The position numbers were made by a program, and so were the translations under genes. A stretch of DNA of 57,114 nucleotides from an uncultured Streptococcus sp. GTDB taxonomy: Bacteria; Bacillota; Bacilli; Lactobacillales; Streptococcaceae. The DNA lies in the NCBI GenBank assembly GCA_965245685.1, contig CBDFAZ010000001.1, forward strand, positions 1 through 57,114, in the 5' to 3' direction. Under the pieces are notes generated by a model. The model was not told the DNA's origin and searched no databases. It saw only the letters and a program-made list of their open reading frames with translations. Below, in pieces: positions 49,385 to 57,114 of this stretch (position 1 is its first letter; each line of letters starts with the position of its first letter).

Positions 49385-49978
49385 ATGCTATACTCTATAA
49401 GAAAAGACAAACTGAAGCAGGCTGGCTTCTTTTACCTCTTTTATTTCCTAGCCATGATCTTAGGCGTCTTGGTTGGGCTTCTATTTGACCGCTCCGGCAA
49501 TATGTTTTACGCTCCAGCTTTTACAGCTTTCTTTGGCGGAGTTCTGTTCATCTTCTATACAGAGAAAATAAAGACCTTCGGTCTGATCAGCGGCTTAGGC
49601 TGTCTGCTAGGTTTCTTCTTTCTGCTCAGTCGACATGGCTTTGGAGCCTTTCTACCAGGTTTGATTTGTGGTATTTTAGCGGATCTTATATCTCGGTCAG
49701 GCAGCTATCAAAAGACTGTTAGAGGCTTGCTGGCTTTTATGGTTTTCAGCTTTAGCACAGCGGGTCCTATTTTCCTAATGTGGCTGGCTCCCAAGCAGTA
49801 TGAAGCTAGTCTTCTTGCCAGAGGAAAGACTCAGGCTTATATCGAGCAAGTCATGCTTAAACCAGAACCCAGCTTAGTCCTTTGGTTTGTAGCCAGCATT
49901 TTACTGGGCGCTTTACTTGGATCCCTGTTAGGTAGAAAAATCCTTAAAGCTAGACATTCCAAGTCAGCTTCGGTCTAA
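49385..49978 (+). CDS. MptD/Trep_Strep family putative ECF S-component
   Basis: Multi-TM protein with GILADLI...Y and GALLGSLLG patterns; start uncertain. Confidence 0.72.
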   Translation: MLYSIRKDKLKQAGFFYLFYFLAMILGVLVGLLFDRSGNMFYAPAFTAFFGGVLFIFYTEKIKTFGLISGLGCLLGFFFLLSRHGFGAFLPGLICGILADLISRSGSYQKTVRGLLAFMVFSFSTAGPIFLMWLAPKQYEASLLARGKTQAYIEQVMLKPEPSLVLWFVASILLGALLGSLLGRKILKARHSKSASV

Positions 49979-50009
49979 ATACCATTGAAAATATAACTAA
50001 GGAGAAAAT

Positions 50010-50855
50010 ATGAACAATTTACTCGTGCTCCAGTCGGACTTTGGTCTGGTAGATGGAGCTGTGTCAGCCATGATCGGAGTGGCGCTAGAAGAGTCGTCCA
50101 CTCTGAAAATTCATCATCTGACTCACGATATCACCCCTTACAATATCTTTGAGGGAAGCTATCGTCTCTTTCAGACAGTTAATTACTGGCCAGCAGGAAC
50201 GACCTTTGTGTCAGTAGTGGATCCGGGTGTGGGCTCCAAGCGTAAGAGTGTGGTAGCCAAGACTAAAAAGGGCCAATACATCGTCACTCCTGACAATGGC
50301 ACCCTGTCTTTCATCAAGAAGCATGTCGGCATTGAGGCTATTCGGGAAATTTCTGAGGTGGAAAATCGCCGCAAGGATACGGAGGATTCTTATACTTTCC
50401 ACGGTCGTGATGTCTATGCCTATACGGGTGCTAAGCTGGCCAGCGGCCATATCAGCTTTGAAGAAGTTGGACCAGAGCTCAAGGTCGAAGACATTGTCGA
50501 AATTCAGGTAGTAGAGACCACGCTTGCGGATACTTATGTCAGCGGAGCTATTGATATCCTGGATGTCCGCTTTGGCTCTCTTTGGACCTCTATCACCCGC
50601 GAGGAATTCTGCACCTTGAAACCAGAATTTGGCGACCGCTTCGAGGTTACCATCTACAACAATGACATGCTGGTTTATCAAAACCAAGTAACCTATGGCA
50701 AGTCCTTTGCGGATGTCCGCATCGGTCAGCCTATCCTCTATATCAACTCCCTCTATCGGGTTGGCTTAGCGATTAACCAAGGTTCCTTTGCTAAGGCCTA
50801 TAATGTTGGCGTCGGTGCCCAATGGCATATTGAAATCAAGAGAATTGAAAATTAA
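50010..50855 (+). CDS. DUF62 SAM hydrolase (SAM hydroxide adenosyltransferase/fluorinase-like)
   Basis: [18 protein letters not shown] and TFHGRDV motifs. Confidence 0.92.
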   Translation: MNNLLVLQSDFGLVDGAVSAMIGVALEESSTLKIHHLTHDITPYNIFEGSYRLFQTVNYWPAGTTFVSVVDPGVGSKRKSVVAKTKKGQYIVTPDNGTLSFIKKHVGIEAIREISEVENRRKDTEDSYTFHGRDVYAYTGAKLASGHISFEEVGPELKVEDIVEIQVVETTLADTYVSGAIDILDVRFGSLWTSITREEFCTLKPEFGDRFEVTIYNNDMLVYQNQVTYGKSFADVRIGQPILYINSLYRVGLAINQGSFAKAYNVGVGAQWHIEIKRIEN

Positions 50856-50866
50856 GGAAGAAGAAC

Positions 50867-51409
50867 ATGAAAAATAATACAATCAGAAACGTAGTCGCAA
50901 CAGGAATTGGAGCAGCCCTATTCGTGGTCATCGGAATGATCAATATTCCAACGCCTGTACCCAATACCAGCATCCAGCTCCAATACCCCCTGCAAGCTCT
51001 TTTTAGCGTCATCTTTGGTCCAATCGTCGGTTTCCTGATGGGCTTCATTGGCCACGCCATTAAAGACGCTATGAGCGGTGGAGGACTCTGGTGGTTCTGG
51101 ATTGCCGGTAGCGGAGTCTTCGGTCTATTAGTTGGCTTCTTTAGAAAATTCTTCCAAGTGGAAGAAGGAAAATTTGAAGTCAAGGATATTATTCGCTTTA
51201 ACTTGATTCAGTTTGGAGCAAATGCAATCGCTTGGCTAATCGGCCCAATTGGTGACGTGATTGTGTCTGGTGAACCGGTCAATAAGGTTATTGCTCAAAG
51301 TATTGTAGCAATTCTAGTGAATTCTGCGACAGTAGCAGTCATCGGAACTGTCTTGCTGACTGCCTATGCTCGCACCCGTACCCGCGCAGGAAGTTTGAAA
51401 AAGGATTGA
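50867..51409 (+). CDS. ECF transporter S component (UPF0397/MtsT-like)
   Basis: [25 protein letters not shown]...GFIGHA motifs; typical neighbour of DUF62. Confidence 0.85.
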   Translation: MKNNTIRNVVATGIGAALFVVIGMINIPTPVPNTSIQLQYPLQALFSVIFGPIVGFLMGFIGHAIKDAMSGGGLWWFWIAGSGVFGLLVGFFRKFFQVEEGKFEVKDIIRFNLIQFGANAIAWLIGPIGDVIVSGEPVNKVIAQSIVAILVNSATVAVIGTVLLTAYARTRTRAGSLKKD

Positions 51410-51424
51410 TTACATCAAAAATTG

Positions 51425-51454
51425 AAAGATTGGGAGAACTCCCAGTCTTTTTTT
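51425..51454 (+). terminator. Terminator after the ECF S-component gene
   Basis: AAAGATTGGGAG-AA-CTCCCAGTCTTT followed by a T run. Confidence 0.8.
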
Positions 51455-51726
51455 GTACAAAATAAAAGACATAATGTAAATTATATATTGCATTATAGAG
51501 ATTTATAAAGTGAAAGGAGAATCTGTAAGAGAATAGAAGAAAAAAACGCTTTGAAAAGTATTTGGATCAATTGGAAGAAGAGCGATAACCTGTCCTTCTC
51601 ATTTAAACTTTCCAGCTCTGCTATTTTTCAAACAAATATTTTGCTCAGCTTTTCTTCTCGCGTTATAATAAATAGATGAATTAAAAAATTCAGAAAATTT
51701 TATAGAGAAAAGAGAGTTGAAATCTT

Positions 51727-52713
51727 ATGGCAAAAGATATTCGCGTCCTACTTTACTACAAATATGTTCCAATTGAGAATGCTGAGAAATTTGCAGCTGA
51801 TCATCTGGCCTTCTGTAAATCTATCGGTCTGAAAGGCCGTATCCTGGTAGCAGATGAAGGAATCAACGGAACGGTTTCTGGTGACTATGAAACCACTCAA
51901 AAATACATGGACTATGTGCACAGCCTTCCGGGCATGGAAGACCTTTGGTTCAAGATTGACGAAGAAAACGAGCAAGCTTTCAAGAAAATGTTTGTTCGCT
52001 ACAAGAAAGAAATTGTCCACTTGGGCTTGGAAGACAATGATTTTGATAATGACATCAACCCGCTGGAGACGACAGGAGCTTACTTGTCACCTAAGGAATT
52101 TAAGGAAGCTCTATTGGACGAAGACACTGTTGTCTTAGACACTCGTAACGACTATGAGTACGATTTGGGACACTTCCGCGGTGCCATCCGTCCAGACATC
52201 CGCAATTTCCGCGAATTGCCGCAATGGGTTCGTGATAACAAAGAGAAGTTCATGGACAAGCGCGTGGTTGTTTACTGTACCGGTGGTGTTCGCTGTGAGA
52301 AATTCTCAGGCTGGATGGTCCGTGAAGGATACAAAGATGTTGGTCAGCTTCATGGCGGTATCGCGACTTACGGCAAGGATCCAGAAGTTCAAGGTGAGCT
52401 TTGGGACGGCAAGATGTATGTCTTTGATGAGCGTATTTCCGTTGACATCAACCATGTTGACCCAGTCGTGATTGGGAAAGACTGGTTTGACGGGACTCCT
52501 TGCGAGCGCTATGTCAACTGTGGCAATCCAGAGTGTAACCGCCGCATCCTGACTTCAGAAGAAAACGAAGACAAGTACCTCCGTGGCTGTTCTCATGAAT
52601 GTCGTGTTCACCCTCGTAACCGCTATGTGGCTGAAAACGGCTTGAGCCAGGCAGATGTGGTGGAGCGTTTGGCTGCGATTGGAGAAAACTTGGAAACACT
52701 AGTGGCTCAGTAA
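51727..52713 (+). CDS. trhO: tRNA uridine(34) hydroxylase TrhO (UPF0176 rhodanese)
   Basis: [32 protein letters not shown] and YVFDER motifs. Confidence 0.9.
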   Translation: MAKDIRVLLYYKYVPIENAEKFAADHLAFCKSIGLKGRILVADEGINGTVSGDYETTQKYMDYVHSLPGMEDLWFKIDEENEQAFKKMFVRYKKEIVHLGLEDNDFDNDINPLETTGAYLSPKEFKEALLDEDTVVLDTRNDYEYDLGHFRGAIRPDIRNFRELPQWVRDNKEKFMDKRVVVYCTGGVRCEKFSGWMVREGYKDVGQLHGGIATYGKDPEVQGELWDGKMYVFDERISVDINHVDPVVIGKDWFDGTPCERYVNCGNPECNRRILTSEENEDKYLRGCSHECRVHPRNRYVAENGLSQADVVERLAAIGENLETLVAQ

Positions 52714-52728
52714 TAAGGAGAGATCCTA

Positions 52729-53037
52729 ATGGAAAAATTTTGCGTTTATGGTAAATTAATTGCCAAAGAAGGAAAGGCGCAGGAATTTGCTGCTTATATG
52801 CAAGAAGTTGTCAAAGAAATGCAAAATCTTGATACTTGTTTCTGCTATATCTTAGGAGAGAGAGCAGACGAACCCAACAGCATCTATATTTACGAAGTTT
52901 GGGAGAGCGAGCAAGCTCACAATGATAGCCTAACCTTGGAAGTTTTTCAAAATCTCATTGCAAAAGCTAGACCCATTATTGCAGGCATGGAAAATTTGCA
53001 TAAGCTGACTATTTTTGATGGTAAGGCAAGTTTCTAA
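52729..53037 (+). CDS. ABM-domain (putative quinol monooxygenase) protein
   Basis: AKEGK...IYIYEVWESEQAH pattern. Confidence 0.85.
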   Translation: MEKFCVYGKLIAKEGKAQEFAAYMQEVVKEMQNLDTCFCYILGERADEPNSIYIYEVWESEQAHNDSLTLEVFQNLIAKARPIIAGMENLHKLTIFDGKASF

Positions 53038-53053
53038 ATTCCTAAGAAAAACT

Positions 53054-53090
53054 AAAAACTTTAGATGTTTCAAGCGTCTAAAGTTTTTTT
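53054..53090 (+). terminator. Terminator after the ABM gene
   Basis: AAAAACTTTAGATG...CGTCTAAAGTTTTTTT. Confidence 0.8.
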
Positions 53091-53277
53091 CGTCATTTAT
53101 CTACAGGTAAAAGTCTTGTTGGACAGAGATTTGGGAAAGCAGACTATTTCTGCCAGTTCTTGGGGCATCTCGCGGATTATCACTTGATTTCTGGTTTTCT
53201 TTCCACAGTTCTGATTTTTTGTCCTTTCTTTATGATGTGATATAATGAGCTTAAATAAATGGGAAAGGAGCAAGTCT

Positions 53278-54081
53278 ATGTCTAAAGCTATCATGGAAGA
53301 AGTGGCAGCCTATCTGCGTCAGCATGCAGATGAAGAGCTGAGTCTGACCGATTTGGCTGAGCATTTCCATTATAGTCCTTCCCATCTATCCAGAACTTTC
53401 AAGAAAAAGATGGGTTTTTCTATCAAGCAATATGTGGAAGCTCTTAAGATGGAAAAAGGGATTCAGGAGATTGTAGAAAGCCGGCAAAATGTGACCGAGA
53501 CCTCTATGGAAGCTGGTTATGATAGTCTAGGCAGTTTTTCCAATACTTTTAAGCGGCATACTGGACTTTCGCCTAAAAAATACTACCAAGAATCAACCAA
53601 GGCTTATGATTTTATGGTAAAACAGCTGGATGAGAAGGGAGCTTTGTTACATCAGGATCCCGACTGTAAAAGTGGCAATAGGCTGACTGTGGCGATATCT
53701 TATCCTGAGGGATATGAACCACGCATTAGCTGTGTCGGGCTGTTTAAAACCCGCATACCCAAAGAAGAGCCGGTTATCGGAGTAGCGCTGAGTCAGGAGA
53801 GACGGTTTACTTTTGAAAATGTACCGGATGGTCGCTACTATCTTTTGGCCTGTGAATTGCTGGAGGATTTACGCCTAACTAAAAACTATGTCTTGAAGCA
53901 TAACTTTCGCTGGGGCAGCGATGAGCCTCTCACTTTTGCAGGCGATAGCATCTATCAAGAGGAAATCAGCATGCGCAGGCCCTTGCCTAGTGATCCACCT
54001 ATTACAGTTAATCTTCCAGTTTTAATCATGCGTTCCCTAGCCAAACAAGCGCAATTGAGAATAAGAAAATTTTTATCCTAA
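53278..54081 (+). CDS. AraC-family transcriptional regulator (N-terminal HTH)
   Basis: LAEHFHYSPSHLSRTFKK and GYDSLGSFSNTFKRHTGLSPKKY; start ATG 53278 after AAGGAG. Confidence 0.9.
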   Translation: MSKAIMEEVAAYLRQHADEELSLTDLAEHFHYSPSHLSRTFKKKMGFSIKQYVEALKMEKGIQEIVESRQNVTETSMEAGYDSLGSFSNTFKRHTGLSPKKYYQESTKAYDFMVKQLDEKGALLHQDPDCKSGNRLTVAISYPEGYEPRISCVGLFKTRIPKEEPVIGVALSQERRFTFENVPDGRYYLLACELLEDLRLTKNYVLKHNFRWGSDEPLTFAGDSIYQEEISMRRPLPSDPPITVNLPVLIMRSLAKQAQLRIRKFLS

Positions 54082-54137
54082 TTGATAAACTGATGATAGA
54101 GATTTATTCTCAGCTATAAAAAATTGGAGGAACAATA

Positions 54138-54551
54138 ATGAAATTAGACGTGTTTTTAAGTTTTAATGGTCAGGCAGAAGAAGCTTTTCGTTTTTATGCA
54201 GATCTTTTTCAGATAGAGATAAAGGGACTTGTACGAGCCAGTGAGATGATGGATCCAGCAAACCTTCCTGCAGAAAAACGAGATAAGATTGCCTGGATTG
54301 CTTTAGATACAGAAAACTTGACCCTTAATGGTGAGGATGTAGGTGTTTTTAATGACCTGTCTATTCCTAGCCACCATCAGCCCAATCAATGGTTAGTTCT
54401 GAGCCCAGGCAGTAGAGAAGAAGCCGATGAGCTTTTTGCCAAGCTTGCTGAAGGTGGGCAAATTCTCTATCCTTTAGAGGAACAAGCTTTCGCAGAGTTT
54501 TATGGCCGCTTGATTGACCGTTTTGGTATCGGCTGGGATGTGATGAAATGA
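54138..54551 (+). CDS. VOC/PhnB-like (glyoxalase superfamily) protein
   Basis: FLSFNGQAEEAFRFY and YGRLIDRFGIGW motifs. Confidence 0.88.
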   Translation: MKLDVFLSFNGQAEEAFRFYADLFQIEIKGLVRASEMMDPANLPAEKRDKIAWIALDTENLTLNGEDVGVFNDLSIPSHHQPNQWLVLSPGSREEADELFAKLAEGGQILYPLEEQAFAEFYGRLIDRFGIGWDVMK

Positions 54552-54560
54552 GGTAGGAGG

Positions 54561-54920
54561 ATGGCTTATAGTGAATCCTTAGCCCAGCAAGTCCGTGCCA
54601 TTTTAGCTACTGATCTTCCCCCTCATGTTTTTGAAGAAGAGGTAGAAGAGAAGAAGATGTTTGGTGGCTTGGCTTTTATGGTTCGAGGTAAGATGACCGT
54701 TACTGTGAGTTCGAGAAGTCAAGAGCTTGTCATGGTACGCATTGGTAAGGAAATGGAAAAGCAGGTTCTGCCTAAAAATGGTGCTAGCGTGACTTTAATG
54801 AAGGGTAGGCTTTATCATGGCTATATTGATTTAGATGGCGAAGGACAAAAAGAACTGTCTTACTGGATCAAGCTAGCCTTGTCCTACAATCAGGAGCTGA
54901 CGCAGCAGAATAAAAAATGA
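54561..54920 (+). CDS. TfoX N-terminal-domain family protein
   Basis: EKKMFGGLAFMVRGKM motif. Confidence 0.82.
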   Translation: MAYSESLAQQVRAILATDLPPHVFEEEVEEKKMFGGLAFMVRGKMTVTVSSRSQELVMVRIGKEMEKQVLPKNGASVTLMKGRLYHGYIDLDGEGQKELSYWIKLALSYNQELTQQNKK

Positions 54921-55212
54921 GAAGTGCTCAGATGAGTTTGGCTTTCTTAGAAGTTTATTCATTGCCTTTTTATGAAATTCAAATATATTCTTAGAATCTG
55001 TATTGATGAAGCTTTCAATCGAAAAGTATCTTCATGGATACAGGTTTTTTCGTCTTTTTCTTCCAAAAATGTTATACTAATACCAGAGTCCGTTTTAAGA
55101 ATGGAGCATGTCTTAAAAGCCTTGGAGAAAAACTAGTTTGTACCAGTATTGAGTTTTAATTTTGCATTTTCTCGCTTTCAGAAAGGCTTTTGTCGTTAGA
55201 AAGGAGCATGGT

Positions 55213-56130
55213 ATGAGTATTTCTTTTTACATTCAGAACCGAAAGGGCTTGTTTAGCTATAAGGCGGTCGAAACACCCTTGTCTCTGGTTTCCTTAGTAG
55301 AAGGGCTTGAGGTCATAGGCCTCGAGGGCGATAAGGCTTATCAATCCTTGGATCAGGTCGGAACTTTTCTGGCTGTCTACTGGGAAGGGGCAGGCCGAGG
55401 GTTTGAAGTTTATTATCTGCCAGACCGGGAAACCTACCAGGTCCGCGTCTTGACACCATCAACGGTGGGCGACTGGAAAGGGGCTATCCTCTTCATGAGT
55501 CGTTTGGCTCAGAAGATGAAGCAGGATATTGTCGATGAATATGGCAATACTTACACCGCTGACGGGATTTTTAATATTGATTTTGAAGCGGATATTCTCT
55601 ATGGCCTGAACGATGCCAGAGTAGCAGCTGCGCCTATGCATGTTTTCGAAGGTTATGCTCATGATTTGTACATGTCGCAGGAAAAGCTTCTGGAACTATT
55701 CAAATCTGAAGATCCTGTGGAGGAGTTTGGCAGGCAGTTAACCGAGATGCAGCAGGTTCAGAGTCAATTTTCTACTCCAAAGTACTATAAGGATCAGGGT
55801 GGGAAATACCTGGGTTCTTATGTCTTGGCAGAAGGAGTGGACACAGTCCTTCCAACTCAGCCCATGCCCAAGGGCTACTTGGTTAAAGAGATGATTGAGA
55901 GCGGTGCTAGTCAAGACATGGAATGGCATCTTCATATCCTGATAGAGGATGCCAGCAGTCCCCAGGGCTATAAATATCTGACAACAAAGGATTTAAAAGC
56001 TTTTTTGGAGAAGATTCCAGAGACTCACCATACCTATCTGGATTCCAGTCAGATCCGGATTCAGCCACTCAATCGGCTGGAACTGGAAGCCATTTTGGAT
56101 CAACTTCCCGATGGAGAACCGAAGTTTTAG
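55213..56130 (+). CDS. DUF4299-like hypothetical protein
   Basis: MSISFYIQN...GRGFEV...YQVRVLTPST..DW pattern; start ATG 55213 after AAGGAG. Confidence 0.7.
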   Translation: MSISFYIQNRKGLFSYKAVETPLSLVSLVEGLEVIGLEGDKAYQSLDQVGTFLAVYWEGAGRGFEVYYLPDRETYQVRVLTPSTVGDWKGAILFMSRLAQKMKQDIVDEYGNTYTADGIFNIDFEADILYGLNDARVAAAPMHVFEGYAHDLYMSQEKLLELFKSEDPVEEFGRQLTEMQQVQSQFSTPKYYKDQGGKYLGSYVLAEGVDTVLPTQPMPKGYLVKEMIESGASQDMEWHLHILIEDASSPQGYKYLTTKDLKAFLEKIPETHHTYLDSSQIRIQPLNRLELEAILDQLPDGEPKF

Positions 56131-56162
56131 CGCTAGGAAAATTTACTTTTTGTATCTTAACA

Positions 56163-56186
56163 GAGCTGCCGAAAGGTGGCTTTTTT
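56163..56186 (+). terminator. Terminator after the DUF4299-like gene
   Basis: GAGCTGCC-GAAA-GGTGGCTT-TTTT. Confidence 0.8.
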
Positions 56187-56310
56187 AGGGCTGTCAGCAG
56201 TTCTCACAATTTTGTGACTCTTTTCGTTTTGATAACATTGTTGAAAATATCTTGAAAATTTCAGAAAGAAACTATAGAATAGAGGTCAGTTTTATAAAAA
56301 GGAGAACGAA

Positions 56311-56571
56311 ATGAAAGAAAAACACATGCTAATCTTGGGCTGGGTGGCCACGTTTATGTCTGTTATGATGTATGTTTCCTATATCCCACAGATTATGAAT
56401 AATCTAGCTGGCAATAAGGGTGACTTTATCCAGCCTTCAGTAGCTGCTCTAAACTGTACTCTCTGGGTCATTTATGGTCTATTTAAAGAGAAGCGGGACA
56501 TTCCTTTGGCAGCGGCTAATATGCCAGGCATCGTATTTGGCTTGATTACTGCTGCAACAGCCCTTATGTAA
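56311..56571 (+). CDS. SemiSWEET-family (PQ-loop) transporter
   Basis: 86 aa, 3 TM, with YIPQI, LWVIYG and ANMPG motifs. Confidence 0.88.
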   Translation: MKEKHMLILGWVATFMSVMMYVSYIPQIMNNLAGNKGDFIQPSVAALNCTLWVIYGLFKEKRDIPLAAANMPGIVFGLITAATALM

Positions 56572-56787
56572 GATGAGATTGGGAGTTATGCCCAGTCTTT
56601 TTTTGTGGCTTACCTTTGAAAAGCATTGACTGCAATCTCGCTATAAAGTCTGCCTATAGCTTGTGCTATCTAGAAAATATGAGGGCAGCATTCAGCAGAC
56701 CGCCTTTTTATGATACAATGGTAAGATGAAGTCAGCAGAGAACTGCTGGCTGTTTCATCAGGAAGAAAGGGATAAGAAAGCAAGCCT

Positions 56788-57114
56788 ATGATACTTGAAG
56801 AATTTGACCAAAGTCGCAAGGCTATCATCAATCCAGAAGATTTGAATGAGTCCATAGAGGGTTTTCCGGAGACAGCTGTTTCCTGCTTTGCCAGAGAGAC
56901 TTTTGCGCGGATGCTAGCGGATTTTGAGCATGAGCTGATTACGACGACCAGCATGGCAAATATTGAAATTCCTATCTATCGTGTTTTCGTGGATGGACGG
57001 GAACTGGCTCTCTTTAATGCACCGGTTGGAGCTCCGGCCTGTGTGGCTATTCTGGAAGATTTGATTGCTTTTGGTATGAAAAAGCTGGTACTTTTCGGGA
57101 CTTGCGGCATCTTG
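56788..57114 (+). CDS. Nucleoside (purine/uridine) phosphorylase family protein, 5' part (runs off the window)
   Basis: Translated by hand: MILEEFDQSRKAIINP...APVGAPACVAILEDLIAFGMKKLVLFGTCGIL. Open to the window end; not in the ORF track. Confidence 0.82.
   Translation, partial: MILEEFDQSRKAIINPEDLNESIEGFPETAVSCFARETFARMLADFEHELITTTSMANIEIPIYRVFVDGRELALFNAPVGAPACVAILEDLIAFGMKKLVLFGTCGIL

Noticed and set aside
56246..56270. Overlapping CodY-like boxes before SemiSWEET
   Set aside because: Three to four mismatches each in AT-rich DNA; not distinguishable from chance.
1..57114. CRISPR array, prophage, IS/integrase, rRNA or tRNA genes
   Set aside because: No repeat-spacer periodicity, recombinase/transposase motifs or structural RNA genes of these classes were seen.

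Overview
Chromosomal segment of an oral Streptococcus, most consistent with S. sanguinis (inferred from a pdu/diol-utilisation cluster sitting directly before secA and from the streptococcal gene order). Almost all genes are on the + strand. In order: the 3' end of a propanediol/glycerol dehydratase cluster (pduE end, pduG, pduH, GlcG-like, pduF/glpF, ackA/pduW); secA, two aroG/F paralogues, acpS, alr, recG; asparaginase, HAD, usp, alaA; an LPXTG protein with a SEC10/PgrA surface-exclusion domain; codY, pncA, T-box, aspS, gatCAB; butanediol dehydrogenase; the yqeG-yqeH-yhbY-nadD-yqeK-rsfS-yqeM-tmcAL operon, interrupted by an AT-rich SF1 helicase-nuclease gene; yebC; a gshT/M20/ECF/DUF62 sulfur-related cluster; trhO; an AraC-VOC-TfoX cassette; SemiSWEET; and a partial nucleoside phosphorylase. 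The most interesting items are mostly absent from the ORF track. (1) The 870-bp recG-asparaginase gap holds two tandem CiaR-type promoters, each with four phased boxes. One drives a ~180-nt csRNA carrying a Met-Thr-Met minigene; the other drives two overlapping unannotated micro-ORFs (25 and 18 aa), followed by a palindromic interspersed repeat. (2) The inserted stand-alone helicase-nuclease is a candidate defence gene. (3) An Asn-specific T-box controls a probably non-discriminating AspRS next to gatCAB. (4) There are structured leaders before usp and gatC, and phased 22-bp repeats before the PgrA-like gene. No integrase, transposase, CRISPR array, rRNA or tRNA was seen. All family assignments come from motif recognition by eye; no database searches were run.
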